Assembly: GCA_964035545.1 (NCBI GenBank)
Contig: OZ037771.1
Coordinates: 1,065,628-1,129,627 of the forward strand
From: Bugula neritina
Taxonomy: Eukaryota; Animalia; Bryozoa
Length of the DNA: 64,000 nucleotides
Direction of reading: 5' to 3'
Numbering within the stretch: position 1 is the first letter of the stretch; every line of letters starts with the position of its first letter. A program made the translations under genes and the position numbers. The notes beneath the pieces are model-generated. The model ran no database searches. It worked only from the letters and a program-made list of their open reading frames with translations, and had not been told where the DNA came from. This document shows positions 1 to 12,877 of this stretch, piece after piece.

Positions 1-234
1 CCGTATACTTTCAGTAACTATACCGTATACTCTCAGTAACTATACCGTATACTCTCAGTAACTATACCGTATACTCTCAGTAACTATAACATATACTTTC
101 AGTAACTATACCGTGTACTCTCAGTAACTATACCGTATACTCTCAGTAACTATACCGTATACTCTCAGTAACTATACCGTATACTCTCAGTAACTATACC
201 GTATACTCTCAGTAACTATACCGTATACTCTCAG
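1..234. repeat. 22-bp intronic minisatellite (CCGTATACTCTCAGTAACTATA)n; the last unit supplies the acceptor AG of exon 235
   Basis: About 10 direct copies visible. Confidence 0.95.
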
Positions 235-3200
235 ATCACCGAATCAACTCCTGCAACTGGCATTCAACGAGCCGGACTCTTCAACTATATGCAAGGCAGC
301 CAAGCTCTCTGTTGGTTCAAATGTCAATTATATTGATTGGCTGACGAAGCCACAGAAGGCCAATCAGTGTTTGGGTACCATACAGACTCCTACTGTAGTC
401 AACTGCACAGCTGTGTCTCCAGATGGTCAGGTTCTGGCGGTGGGTGGAGAGGACTGCAGAGTGCACATGTACTCTCTCACCAACTTTGAGGTTTGCTCTC
501 TTTTGGTTTTTAAGCTAGTTTTTTGGCCATAAAAATAATTTTTCACAAATATTTTCACCCTGTTTACCAGTTATTTCATGAAATATTTCTAGTAGTTGTA
601 ATCAATTTTTGTTTTTATTCTTACTTTTTCCGACTGCGGGCTTCATTTTGTTTGACAGGAAATGATGACGTTAGTAGGCCACGCCCACCTCATCAGTGAC
701 CTCCACTTTGTAGATGGTGATCGCTTAATGTCGGCGTCTCAGGACCAAACAGCGTGCCTGTGGGACCTGAACACAGGCCACAGGTACGTCCTTCTCTTTA
801 TCCATCTTGAGCTACGTCAGAGCTCTGAGGTTGTGTGTTTGTCTTCATAGAGATAGTGTTAATGTGCCTTTGTAATAAAGATAAGCTATTAGCAAGAGAT
901 CCAAAATGACTAGGTGTGGAGAGGGAACTCCCCAATACAACTGAGCTAACTGGGGAAATGAGGCTAGACTATGATATCCTAGGCTATACCAACCAGTTTC
1001 ATTTCTTAAAATATGAAAAGAATGCTAATTGATAGAGTACATCTAGATGTGCCTTCTATAGAGCATAGCGTGTAATATCTATTTTGGAATTGTCATCTCA
1101 TACGTGGTGCATCTATTTAGCTCCTGTCAGTGTGCTGTAGACTAGTGTAGTGTACTGTAGACTAGTGTACTGTAGACTAGTGTACTGTACTGTATACTAG
1201 TGTACTGTACTGTACTGTATACTAGTATACTGTACTGTATACTAGTGTACTGTACTGTATACTAGTGTACTGTACTGTATACTAGTGCACTGTACTGTGT
1301 ACTAGTGTACTGTACTGTATACTAGTATACTGTAGACTAGTATACTGTACTGTACTGTGCTGTAGACTGGCTGTGATGAACAAACACTCTCGCAGAGTTA
1401 GCTCCTGCACCTCCACCAAACTCTCCCTACTCACGGCCGGCTGGGACGGACTCGTCAAAGTGTGGACCAGAGACGGGAAGCTGAAGAATGACGTCTGCAG
1501 AGTCCCGTAAGTCATAGCAACAGGAAATTACATCATTTTAAGAAATCTTTGAGAGGTTTTTAGCCCGAAAGTGAAATTGCTTTTTTACTGCTTAAAATCA
1601 GTTTTCAATAACTTTGCAAGTTTTAATATAATATACTATAATAAATTTTATTTTCAAATTGAAGTGTTTTGTTTTCACTATTTGATCTCTTTTGTTTTGT
1701 TGATTGATAAACCTGAAAGTCAATTCATACATTTGCTAAACAAGTTGAAACGTGTCAACATTAACCAACACTGCCCAGTGAAATGTCTCAAAGTTGGAGT
1801 TATCTGCCTTAGTAACATGGCTTTATATGTTATGTTTATAGAAGTCCTATCAACCACATCGCTGTGCATACAGATGAAGTTTACGCTGCTATTGCATGCT
1901 GGGATAGCACCATCAAAGTCTACAACATTCTCACTAATAAAAGGCTATCGGTGAGTATGTCAAAGTCTTGTAGGTAGCATGGACATTGGATACAGGTGCC
2001 CCATGGTAGCTGTCACTTTTACCATGTTATAAAGCTGTATTACTGACATTACCACACAGGTGCTACATGGTCACAAGTCGTCTGTGAGGAGTGTCTCCTA
2101 TTCTAATAGTGGCAGTCACATCAGCTCTGTTGCCCTTGATGGTGAGGTGAAGCTGTGGTCAGCTGTCAATGGCAGTCAGGTAGGCTCTCTGTCACCTGTC
2201 AGCACTCTGTATCACCTGTCAGCTCTCTCTGTCACCTGTCAGCTCTCTCTGTCACCTGTCGGCACTCTGTATCACCTGTCAGCTCTCTCTTTTACCTGTC
2301 AGCTCTCTCTGTCACCTGTCAGCTCCCTCTGTCGCCTGTCAGCTCTCTCTGTCACCTGTCAACTCTCTGTATCACCTGTCAGCTCTCTATCACCTGTCAG
2401 CTCTCTATCACCTGTCAATTCTCTCGGCTCTCGTAGCAACCTCTTAACACTTTTATGCTAGTCTATGATAATCTGCTAAAGATGGCAGCTCAGAAATCTA
2501 AACTACATTTATTTAATACATTATATAATTAATAGTTAATTTTCTAAACTATTTTTAATTTTATTAATATAAACCTTAAATGAACTTTCTTGAAAGTTGA
2601 AAGACTTGTCGGGTTTTACTAGTAAAGACAGATAGTTTAGTGATCAATGTAATTTTCATGAGTTCATGTGACTTATGTATAGATGGGGTCATACGAAGGT
2701 CACAGTTTACCAGTGAGAGATCTCTCTTTCTCATTGGACGGTGACAGACTCATCACAGCTGCAGAAGATGGCAGAGTTAAGGTGAGTTGATGCTATAACT
2801 CGTTACTCTAAGCTGATGCTGTAATAGGCGTTTAGTAGGCACCTAAATATAGATTTTTTTAAAAATTGTATTAGAGAATATTTGCAGGAGCCAACTCTGT
2901 CTGCTGTATATTCAAGGTGTGGTCAGATCAGCTGGGAGTCTGCACAGATGTATGGACACCGCAGAGGGCAGATAACTCCAATGACGCTGTTCGCTGTGTG
3001 GCCCTGGACCAGCAGTGTGCCCTTCTAGCTGTGGGCACTAGCCTGGGTTCTCTCCTATGTTTTAAGAGGGGCGACCTGTCCGCCCCGACCCACAGACTGA
3101 TACCCGAGAGAGATGCCAGTGTAACTGCTCTGTGCTGGTCAACTGATGGTCTGAAGATCTTGTGTAGCACCTCTACCGGGGGTCTCTACTCCTACGACAT

Positions 3201-6200
3201 GGGGTTAGTTGTTCACTAGACTCTCTCTCTCACTGAGTTCACAGGTAGGTAGAGTGTCTAGTGATGGCTAATGTATTGTCACGTCTGCTTGTAGCTCGAC
3301 CTTGAAGACTCTGGAGACAGGGGGAAGGTCGTCTGCTATCCTCAGTATTGCATCATCTCCTTCTTGGATTATCGCCTTCACCAATGACCAGGGGTCTGTG
3401 GTCGTCAGGACTTATGGTATGTTGAGTAGTTACTACGTGTATACTCTGTAGTTACTATGTGTATACTCTGTAGTTACTATGTGTATACTCTGTAGTTACT
3501 ATGTGTATACTCTGTAGTTAGTATGTGTATACTCTGTAGTTACTATGTGTACACTCTGTAGTTAGTATGTGTATACTCTGTAGTTAGTATGTGTATACTC
3601 TGTAGTTAGTATGTGTATACTCTGTAGTTACTATGTGTATACTCTGTAGTTACTACGTGTATACTCTGTAGTTAGTATGTGTATACTCTGTAGTTACTAT
3701 GTGTATACTCTGTAGTTAGTATGTGTATACTCTGTAGTTACTATGTGTATACTCTGTAGTTAGTATGTGTATACTCTGTAGTTAGTATGTGTATACTCTG
3801 TAGTTACTACGTGTATACTCTGTAGTTACTATGTGTATACTCTGTAGTTACTATGTGTACACTCTGTAGTTATTATGTGTATACTCTGTAGTTACTATGT
3901 GTATACTCTGTAGTTACTATGTGTATACTCTGTAGTTACTATGTGTATACTCTGTAGTTACTATGTGTATACTCTGTAGTTAGTATGTGTATACTCTGTA
4001 GTTACTACGTGTATACTCTGTAGTTAGTATGTGTAAACTCTGTAGTTACTATGTGTACACTCTGTAGTTACTACGTGTACACTCTGTAGTTACTATGTGT
4101 ATACATGACTGCAGATGGACAAGAGAGATGTGAAGATGTGACTCGGCACTCAGGCGCTGTCTACAGCTGTTCCTTCAACCATAACGGCTCCCTATTGGCC
4201 ACTGGAGGTGCTGACTGCAAAATCATTCTTTGGAAAGTGAATGTGAGTGTGCACTGATAACTTCAGTCTAGATTATACACTGATAACTTCAGTCTGAATT
4301 ATACACTGATGTCTTCAGTCTAGATTATACACTGATGTCTTCAGTCTAGATTATACACTGATGTCTTCAGTCTGAATTATACACTGATGTCTTCAGTCTG
4401 GATTATACACTGATGTCTTCAGCCATGACCATGTATCATTTATTCATACTGCTGTCATATTAGATGTTATATAAATACTACATTTTGCATCCTCTATGGT
4501 ATTATTAAGAGTTAAGTTTTGTTTACTTCCTTCATATATATCTAAGGCACTTTAGTAATATCTATATATACACTGCTCAGTAGTTTAGTGTAGTAATATA
4601 TCTGTATATACACTACTCAGTAGTTTAGTGTAGTAATATCTATATATACACTACTCAGTAGTTTAGTGTAGTAATATCTGTATATACACTACTTAGTAGT
4701 TTAGTGTAGTAATATCTATATATACACTGCTCAGTAGTTTAGTGTAGTAATATCTATATATACACTGCTCAGTAGTTTAGTGTAGTAATATCTGTATATA
4801 CACTGCTCAGTAGTTTAGTGTAGTAATATCTATATATACACTGCTCAGTAGTTTAGTGTAGTAATATCTGTATATACACTGCTTAGTAGTTTAGTGTAGT
4901 AATATCTGTATATACACTGCTCAGTAGTTTAGTGTAGTAATATCTGTATATACACTGCTCAGTAGTTTAGTGTAGTAATATCTATATATACACTGCTCAG
5001 TAGTTTAGTGTAGTAATATCTATATATACACTGCTCAGTAGTTTAGTGTAGTAATTGTTATATCGACTGCAGAACGTCATAGACCTGACACTGTCACACC
5101 ACACGACCATATCACAATCCCACTTGGACTGGGTCACTTCTCTCTCCTGGTCCGACTCTATCAACATGCTAGCCTCAGCATCCAGTGACTGTCTAGTCAA
5201 GTTATGGGACTTCACTAAGTCATCCCCTCCTACTGAGGTTTGCAGCTCTATGGCTATCTCAACTGATCTAGCAGATGTGTAAACTGTGACTCTCAAACAG
5301 TTTGATAATTATTAAGTTTTGTTGGAAAAGAATTTGAAACTTATAATTTCTATACTAATCTGAAAGTTTGAGAAGCTTCAAAAAATTTATTTCATTCATT
5401 TTTAATTTGCTAGGTTTCAATTTTAATTTATCTAATTTGTGCACATCATATGCTTGAATTCACAGGCTAAGCTGACGTTGAAAGGGCATGCGGGTGCTGC
5501 AGTGTCTGTCTCGTATGAAGCTGGTTGTATCGTCTCCACGTCTATGGACGGCACTGCCAAGGTGTGGAGTCAGAAAGGCACAATGGTGACCTCACTCAAG
5601 TGTAGAGCTGGCACAGTGCTTGCCTGTAGTCTGGGAATACCACCTGCTGGGTAACTCTTATAATCATAGCCTTAGAAATGTGTGTATCTGGGCATTACTA
5701 ACTGCTAGCACACCAACTAGCTTTTCACTTACATGTTTTTATTATACTTATTTCTACTCATACCAGCTCACTCACTCACTCACTCACTCACTCACTCACT
5801 CACACACTCACTCTCACTCACTCACTCACTCACTCACTCACTCACTCACTCACTCACTCACTCACTCACTCACACACTCACTCACTCACTCACTCACACA
5901 CTCACTCACTCACTCACTCAGTCACTCAATCACTCACTCACTCACTCACACACTCACTCACTCACACACTCACTCACTCACTCACTCACTCACTCACTCA
6001 CTCACTCACTATATGTATTCTCATGTAGACTTGCCGCTGAAGATGAAGCTGGTGAAGAAATGGACACAAGTTGGGCCGAGCAGATGGAGAGAGAAGAGGC
6101 TGGAGGTGAAAGCTCTAAGGCTGTGAAGGCAAAGTTACGGGCCGACATGATAAAGACGGTGGTGGTGGCCGTCGGGACAGGAAATGGAAGTGTCCAACTG

Positions 6201-8657
6201 TGGAGTCCGTTACAGGCTAGCGCATCGGAGCAATACACCACCACATCTGGTAGGCACACCGTAGTATAGTTGAATAGTAATAGTAATACCGGTATGTTAT
6301 ATATGCAGTTGTATATGTAATACAGTATATGTAATACTCTGTCTGTAATACACTGTCAATATGATATGAACGCCACTTTTATGTTGCCAGTGCTGTTGAT
6401 ACGTTGTTGTAGCCGTCATTACTTTTCAGCTGCACTCTCTGTGTGCACACACAACGCCAGAGTTATCTCCTCTCATCTCGATAACTCTGTTAGAGTTTGG
6501 ATTTTACCGGCAGCTGCCGTAGAGGTCAGTGCTGAAGGTGCTGTAGGTCAAAGGTCAGACTACCATCAAGTGACAGCGATTGCCGGTGCTGGTGAACGCC
6601 TGTTATCAGGTCAGTGTGGTCTGTAGGCCGAGACATTGTCAGTGCCGCAGCAATAGCATCATGGCTTATGTAGTTCTAGTATTTGTACGTTCAAACTTGA
6701 GTCATTTTCTTACCATTTTATGTTTCGTTTGATTAGATTAATGCAGTGTGTTATCTAATCGTCTGGTTTCTGCTATTCACTCTCTTTAATCCTTAATACT
6801 TCCATCATTTCAGGTTCTTTGGACGGACACCTGACATTGTGGGACATTAGTGCTCCCGTCCCGCACCTCTTACACAAGCTAAAGTGCTCAGACAGGGCTA
6901 TATCTGTCATCTCTATCGCTCCATCCAACCTGCTAGCAGTAGGAGACGAGGGCGGAGTTATTCATTGTGTGAGTCTCACTACTAAAGCAGATGGCTCCAC
7001 CCCTTTCCTTCTCTACCAGTCCTCCCGGGATCATGTGAACAATTATATGGTGAGCATGTTTTTAGTACGACCTGTTTCCTGTTATGTTACCTGCTTTTAG
7101 TCTTGGCTCTTGTAACACAGTTCAATTTGGGTATAAGGAGGTGATCACTTCTAGTAGTTTACTAAGGTTTGGAAACTGTTGACATAAGTTCTATGATGTA
7201 TAATCTGTTAATAGAAGAACAGTTCGCGGGGCACTTCTTGTACAAGAGAGCTCAATCAAAAGAAAATAGAATCAAAACCTGTGATTTACATTCACGGAGA
7301 CAAAAAGGACGAGACGGTGGTGTTTGCTGACCACCAGGGCTTCATATTAGTTCAGGTAAGTTTCTACACCAAATCTTTTCGGCATTATCATTATGAATAT
7401 CACAATATAACATGGTAAATATTATCATTATGAATATCATAATCTAACATGGTGAATATTATTGTTGGTGCAGGGAAAAGAGAAATTCGCCCCAAATATT
7501 CACCAGTACTCAAACATTCTCATGGGATTCAACTTTCGAGTGTCAATAACCAGTAACTGTGGAGATGACAACCTTCTGGTGAGTAGCTCAAGGAGCTGCT
7601 AGTCACACATATTGTCTGATTATTTATTTGATGTGTATTTATTAGTTTATATTGTAGCCGTTAGTTTATAGTATCTGTAACACTTCAACCTGATAACCAG
7701 CTGTTTCTTTATCTCTTGTACTTTATTCATGTAGTACTTATTATGCATTAAAATTAACATATCTGTACTCTTTACTACTACAGTGACTACTGTAGTAGTC
7801 ACTACAGCAACCACTACAGTTACTATTACAGTTACTACTACAGTTACTGTTACAGTTACCACTACAGTTACTACTACTGCTATAGTTACTACTACAGCTA
7901 TTACTATGGTTACTACTACAGTTTACTACTACAGCTACCACTACAGTTACTACTACAGCCGTTAGATAAACTGCTGCCTATACAGACTGGTTTTCACTCT
8001 CTTGTTGACAGCGCTGCCTACAACACCTGAACGGTTCGGCTCACCAATTCCCCTCTCAGCACGTCTTCACCTCCATCACGTGTGACGACCTTCAGTACTG
8101 GGCGGGAACTGATGGTGGGCGGATCCTTAGCACTGATGGCGCTTTCGTCAAGGCACACGAGGGGCGCGTCACCTGCCTCTCCTTCAGCTCTGGATTACTG
8201 ATCTCAGGCTCAGAAGACTGTTCAGTGAAGATCTGGGATACTGAGGCTACAGGACTGAAGGTAGTATCCCTTGTCACGGGGAGATGATTCTGAATATAGT
8301 GTGAAGTGACAGCTTAAAGGCTGAGATTGTATATTAGATATATCAATATTAGTGGGAGATAACTCCTTAACAGGACTTTACTTAACGTATGATTTTATAA
8401 TGTAGTATATAGCTTTATATGCCATCATATACACACATCTACACATGAATATGGTGGGTTGTGGTTGTAATTCCATGTTTACTTTACAGCTGGTCGCACA
8501 ACTCTCGTGTCCCTCACCTATTACCAGTGTTCTGACTGGGCATGTGCCTGGCGGATGGGGCCGTTTACACGACACTTCATACGCCAAAAGAATAATATTT
8601 GTGGGAGATAAGCTAGGAGGTGTTCACAGACTGGATTTGTTTCATGGGATGAATTGA
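235..8657 (+). CDS. TEP1: Telomerase protein component 1 (TEP1)-like, C-terminal WD40 region; 5'-truncated by window. Exons: 235-490, 659-783, 1366-1506, 1842-1950, 2060-2179, 2683-2781, 2917-3203, 3295-3416, 4115-4242, 5073-5237, 5466-5650, 6029-6249, 6430-6609, 6814-7049, 7215-7355, 7474-7578, 8012-8260, 8490-8657
   Basis: All junctions are GT-AG with consistent phase. Many GH...WD-type repeats. Segments SPNQLLQLAFNEPDSSTIC..WLTKP..AVSPDGQVLAVG, ITAAEDGRVKVWSDQLG and C-terminal IFVGDKLGGVHRL match, from memory, vertebrate TEP1 (PRLLPQQAANQPLDSPLC..WLNKP; LTAGEDGKVQVWSGSLG; AVGDVQGNVYFL). Confidence 0.85.
1130..1365. repeat. Degenerate TACTG/TACTAGTG short-period repeat ending at the acceptor of exon 1366
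   Basis: Direct inspection. Confidence 0.9.
2185..2420. repeat. ~20-bp minisatellite (CTCTCTGTCACCTGTCAG-type) directly after a donor
   Basis: About 12 copies; source of the spurious extensions of ORFs 2060-2461 and 2155-2436. Confidence 0.95.
3425..4103. repeat. 22-bp minisatellite (GTATACTCTGTAGTTACTATGT)n filling almost the whole intron
   Basis: About 30 copies. Confidence 0.95.
4250..4425. repeat. 26-bp minisatellite (CACTGATGTCTTCAGTCTAGATTATA)n
   Basis: About 6 copies. Confidence 0.9.
4555..5054. repeat. 38-bp minisatellite (ATATCTATATATACACTGCTCAGTAGTTTAGTGTAGTA)n
   Basis: About 13 copies. Confidence 0.95.
5768..6010. repeat. (ACTC)n microsatellite upstream of acceptor 6028
   Basis: About 60 copies; explains the SLTH-repeat ORFs. 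Confidence 0.95.
7770..7960. repeat. Degenerate (TACTACTACAGT) repeat
   Basis: Direct inspection. Confidence 0.9.
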
Positions 8658-9574
8658 TTTGCTCTCAATCCCCTAATGACTCATCGAAACATGTAGTTCA
8701 TGTGATACAGAATATATTATTTAAACATTGTGCTTATTTATATGTGATAACTTTTTAAATTATTTTATTTCTTTATAATTTTTTTGGATTAAATTTGTGT
8801 GATTCAAAAAGTCATATTTTTGTATATTTCTCTACTCTTTTTCTGTGACTGTTCTATATTTTGCTATGTTTCCAATATACCTATGTCTATACCAAACTGC
8901 CTACTACCATTATATTGAAGTACTGTTACATTATGATAGCTAAATCAAATATCTCCACGCAGGTAGTGATATAAGACCTGTGCGCTTTATTCACTGAGCT
9001 ATATCAAACATTTCACCTCCTGTACACTGCACAATCATTTTCTAAGACTGATATATCCAGTGGTGAAATTTTATGGAAATGATGGAGAATAAAATTCTAA
9101 TTTATTTAGTCCTTAACATGTCATAGGGTCTCGCGTTTCTATTCAAGTCTCATAAAGTACGCTGCCATAGAAAAACAGCGAAGTACTCTTTTGCACAACC
9201 ATTTTTTTTCTAAATTTGTCCTCTTGCTTTAGGCTAAGATTTCAATCTGGTGAATAAGGCAAGACAGAACTAGAGAAAAGATTAAACATAAACTTAGTGC
9301 CAATCTGTACAAGCATGAATTGAGTCATTGTTGAGGTTTTGACTTAGTACATGGACACTCATTTGTTGTAAATAATTTTTAATAAACTTGAAATTTATAC
9401 AAATGAAACATTCACAAATAAATACATCAACTAGAAAAAATACCCATGTGAGCCAGAGAAATTTTTTGTTTCTGAAGCTATTCGAGTTTCAAATTCACGG
9501 TTGACTTTCTAGCAATTGAGTTTTTATATTTCCTACTTTTTTTACTTCTACTACAAAGCTTCATTATAGTCATA

Positions 9575-9775
9575 GGGTCAAAGGGCACGTTTACGTCATT
9601 CTAGCTTGCGGCAAGTTTTGTTACGATGCATCGACCACGTGACCTTTTCTCGACGACTGGAGGTTGTTGGAATGTCATTCATAATCAGACGGACCAACCG
9701 CGTGGGTCACTGCTACACTCAATCGCAATGTTACGTTATAACTTATGGTTATTGAGCACACTCGAGAGCCATTTT
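9575..9775. promoter_or_regulatory. Putative promoter: DR1-like GGGTCAAAGGGCA (9575-9587), CRE/ATF-like TTACGTCAT (9591-9599), E-box GACCACGTGACC (9633-9644), YY1-like GCCATTTT (~9768)
   Basis: Motif cluster in a locally CpG-rich patch just upstream of donor AAG|GTAGGT at 9810/9811. Confidence 0.45.
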
Positions 9776-12450
9776 CAATAGGATCTAACGTTGTCAACAG
9801 ATATTAAAAGGTAGGTTTTGATTCGCTTTAATACCATTTTCAAAACTCATGACGTGAAACTGAATGTCAGTCACAGTGTGAGACTCAGACTGAGTCATGA
9901 GACACTGACAGTGACAGTCATCAGTCATGAGTGTCAGGTGAGTCGTGAGGGTAATACTAACTTACTCATACTGACTAACGACTAAGTCTAACTCAGTAAC
10001 TGGTAATGGATTGAACTCGAGTTGAACTTCAAGTTGAAGTACATTTGAAGTTAATAATTTAATATAAATAATTAATTCGATCGTTTAACTTTATATCACA
10101 CTTTATCACAGTTACTGTTAGCGTCACTCTTATTGTGTTAGTGTTGCTGTTACTGTTAGGAACGTAGTTTAAGTCAACACAAATATCATTATTAATTTAT
10201 ATATTACTGATTACTATCAGTATAACATTGGTTATGAGTATAACACTCAGTATGAGTATGAGTATCACTATCACACCTACTTTCAGTTTCACTGTGCCTG
10301 TGACTGTGAGTATCAGTATGAGTATGACTAGGATGCTTACTATGAGTATGACTGTTCAACACACTCCCCTTCTTTCCTCTAGGGCAGTCCAGTGTGATGA
10401 TCACTTCAAGTAATTGAGTTTGACAGTGACTATCGGCATCATTATCAGACTATCACTATAAATATAGACCATGAGTATCACTATCTCTATCAGTATGACT
10501 GTCATTGTGAGTATGACTATGTGTATCAGTATGATCATGACCATGATCACCATGTTATATTATTGTATGACTGTCACTCTAAGTATGAGTCATAATGTAT
10601 CAGTAAGTGAGTATGACTACCGAGTATCATCTATAAGAGTAAGACTATGATATAAATAATTATAGTTTCAGATAGTGACAGTCATATAACATCATGATAT
10701 CATCAGATCAAGTTTGTATTAAATTTAAACTGACAAAACTGCTACCTGTTCTATAATATACAACTATAATAACTTTAACATTGGCATTACTAGAGTTGTT
10801 GACTATAATAACCATCTTTTTATAATAATTTTATTCGTTATTTTTTGACTATTTTTATGAAAATAATGCATTTTACAGTTGCTAAATTTGCACATGATGA
10901 GTTATTGTATGTAAATGACATGGGTGGGTGCTTAAAAACTCCTACTTTTGTCACATGTATGATTCCTAGACTTTGTCTCTAAAGGTGTTTTTCCTTCTTT
11001 GTTTTTGCCGTAATAGTCTCAATTTTTTGCTGTAATTTTATCTACCTGATCTCAGTTAATATGCCTTATGTGTTACAAACTGTAGATGTTTTGAGAAACC
11101 AAAATATATTTTATCTACAAATCTTTTTCGAATGAATTTTTGTGAAGTATTTTATGAAGTAGCAATTTATAATCAACATTGGCATTTCCCTTGAGAAGTA
11201 ACAAATAGGCTACTAACAATCTTGATCCTTTATGATTTTATCATTAAAAGTTCAAAGGGTTAATATTCATAAAATCAACTATTAATATTCTTCTCTTTTA
11301 GCAGAAGTTGCCTGCTCTTTGTCTCACTAGATATAGCTCACACTGGATGTACCCCACACACTATGTATGCAGGACAGAGAGTTAAACTAGCTAGCTAGTG
11401 GTTGTCCTCACCACACTCAGAGAATGAGCTGTTATGGTAATTTACTTTTCTAAAGAATAAGTTTTATCTCTGCTGACCTTAGTAATGCAATGTTCTCTAT
11501 TTTGTTGTAGCCTACAGTTTATATTACCATAGGCCTATTTTGTTTATAGTTATTAGTTAGTGTGTAATTATTCTACTTTAGAATATGATTATTTTGTAGA
11601 GGTGCCGCTTTTGATAGCAAAGGTGTAATAGGAGTGGTATGATAGAAATGTGGAGTCACTGAACTTGTAAACTTTGTGGTGCTCTGTCTCGGCTATATCT
11701 GCCAAAGTAAGTTTCAAATTTCTCATTTCCTGTTTCAATTATATTGTAGTGAAGGAGTATAAAGTATATATTATGTGTATTATATATGAGTATCTAATGT
11801 GTATTATATAATCACTATTCTGGTATGTCAGATTTGATCACCATTTCTCGCCGTAACTGTTAGTTATGTTAGTTTTTGCTGGTGTGAGAGTATAGAGTAT
11901 ATATTATGTAGTACAAAGCTGCACTATTAAAGAGGGATATAGAGTATATATTATAAGCTACTGGATTCATTTTTAGGTAATTAGATGAATTAATAAATCT
12001 GTCTTTCAACTTTGATGTTCAGAATCCTTATCAACTGTTTTAGATTTAAGTGTGCCAGCCAAGTGAGCAAATGATGGCCGAAGAAAATACTTTTGTCTAG
12101 TAACCATTGAGCACAGTAAGACCTCTGGAACTGTAGCAACTGCTAGAAGGCCTGCTGACGCAATACTACCTACTCTTGACATGCTAGAAACTACAACGGT
12201 TGATAAACGAGCTATACAAAAGAAAAGAGTGTCAATTCATCAGCTCCAGTCCATGTATATCATGTGATTTCTCAGTGAAACAATGGTGTCTGATTGGTCT
12301 CTAACTGTCTCACAAGGTTCCTGCTTCCATCCTACATTTGAATGTGCCAACAGTACAAGATATCAGTATGTGGATTGTGAATGTAGACCAAACATATAGA
12401 TAGGATCATGAATTCCAAAAACGAATTGAATAAAACCTGATGGGGAAGTC
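9650..12450 (+). ncRNA. Putative spliced lncRNA or decayed gene; candidate exons ..9810, 11302-11436, 11600-11706, 12044-~12450
   Basis: Canonical polypyrimidine-AG acceptors and GT donors; AATAAA at 12429; no continuous ORF through the spliced product. Confidence 0.4.
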
Positions 12451-12877
12451 TTGTCCTTCAGATTATAGGGTTTTTATTACAGAAGACACTGTAATAGTTT
12501 TTTCTGATTATCTTAGTACTTTTTTAAAAATGTAATATGTTTCATTACGTTATTTTGTAATTGTATATGTTATAGATAGTTGTGGAAATATTGATGGAGT
12601 TTGTCATAGAGAATAGCTTCATTTTGTACAAAGTTAAATAATAATTGTGTTTATGTTGAAACTTCGTCAAAATAACATGTTTCATATGAAAATGTATTAT
12701 AACAAGGGTATTTAAATAAACAAGAAAGTAGGCATGGTGGAAGTTTTTCCAAAAGTAAATTTTTTGCATCAATTATCCTAATAAAGGTGAGTTAAATAGT
12801 GGAGATGAGGTACTGAATGTACAGTTGGTGAGTAGTTTCACTCAGGTTTGGACTGTTTGAATAACCTTCACCCTCTT

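Noticed and set aside
5620-6269. Long ORFs with SLTH repeats (also YYVVTTV 25043-25522, LLYTTSLHN 37274-37921, poly-V/T/L 36180-36679 and 39356-39944, GKYHLHI 43420-44190, YRVSAVQ 27262-27711)
   Set aside because: They are translations of intronic tandem repeats; only the parts overlapping real exons are coding.
10393-11050. C/D-box snoRNAs in lncRNA introns (RTGATGA at 10393 and 10894; minus-strand candidates near 15677, 16048, 17676)
   Set aside because: No properly spaced CTGA with a terminal stem or recognisable rRNA guide.
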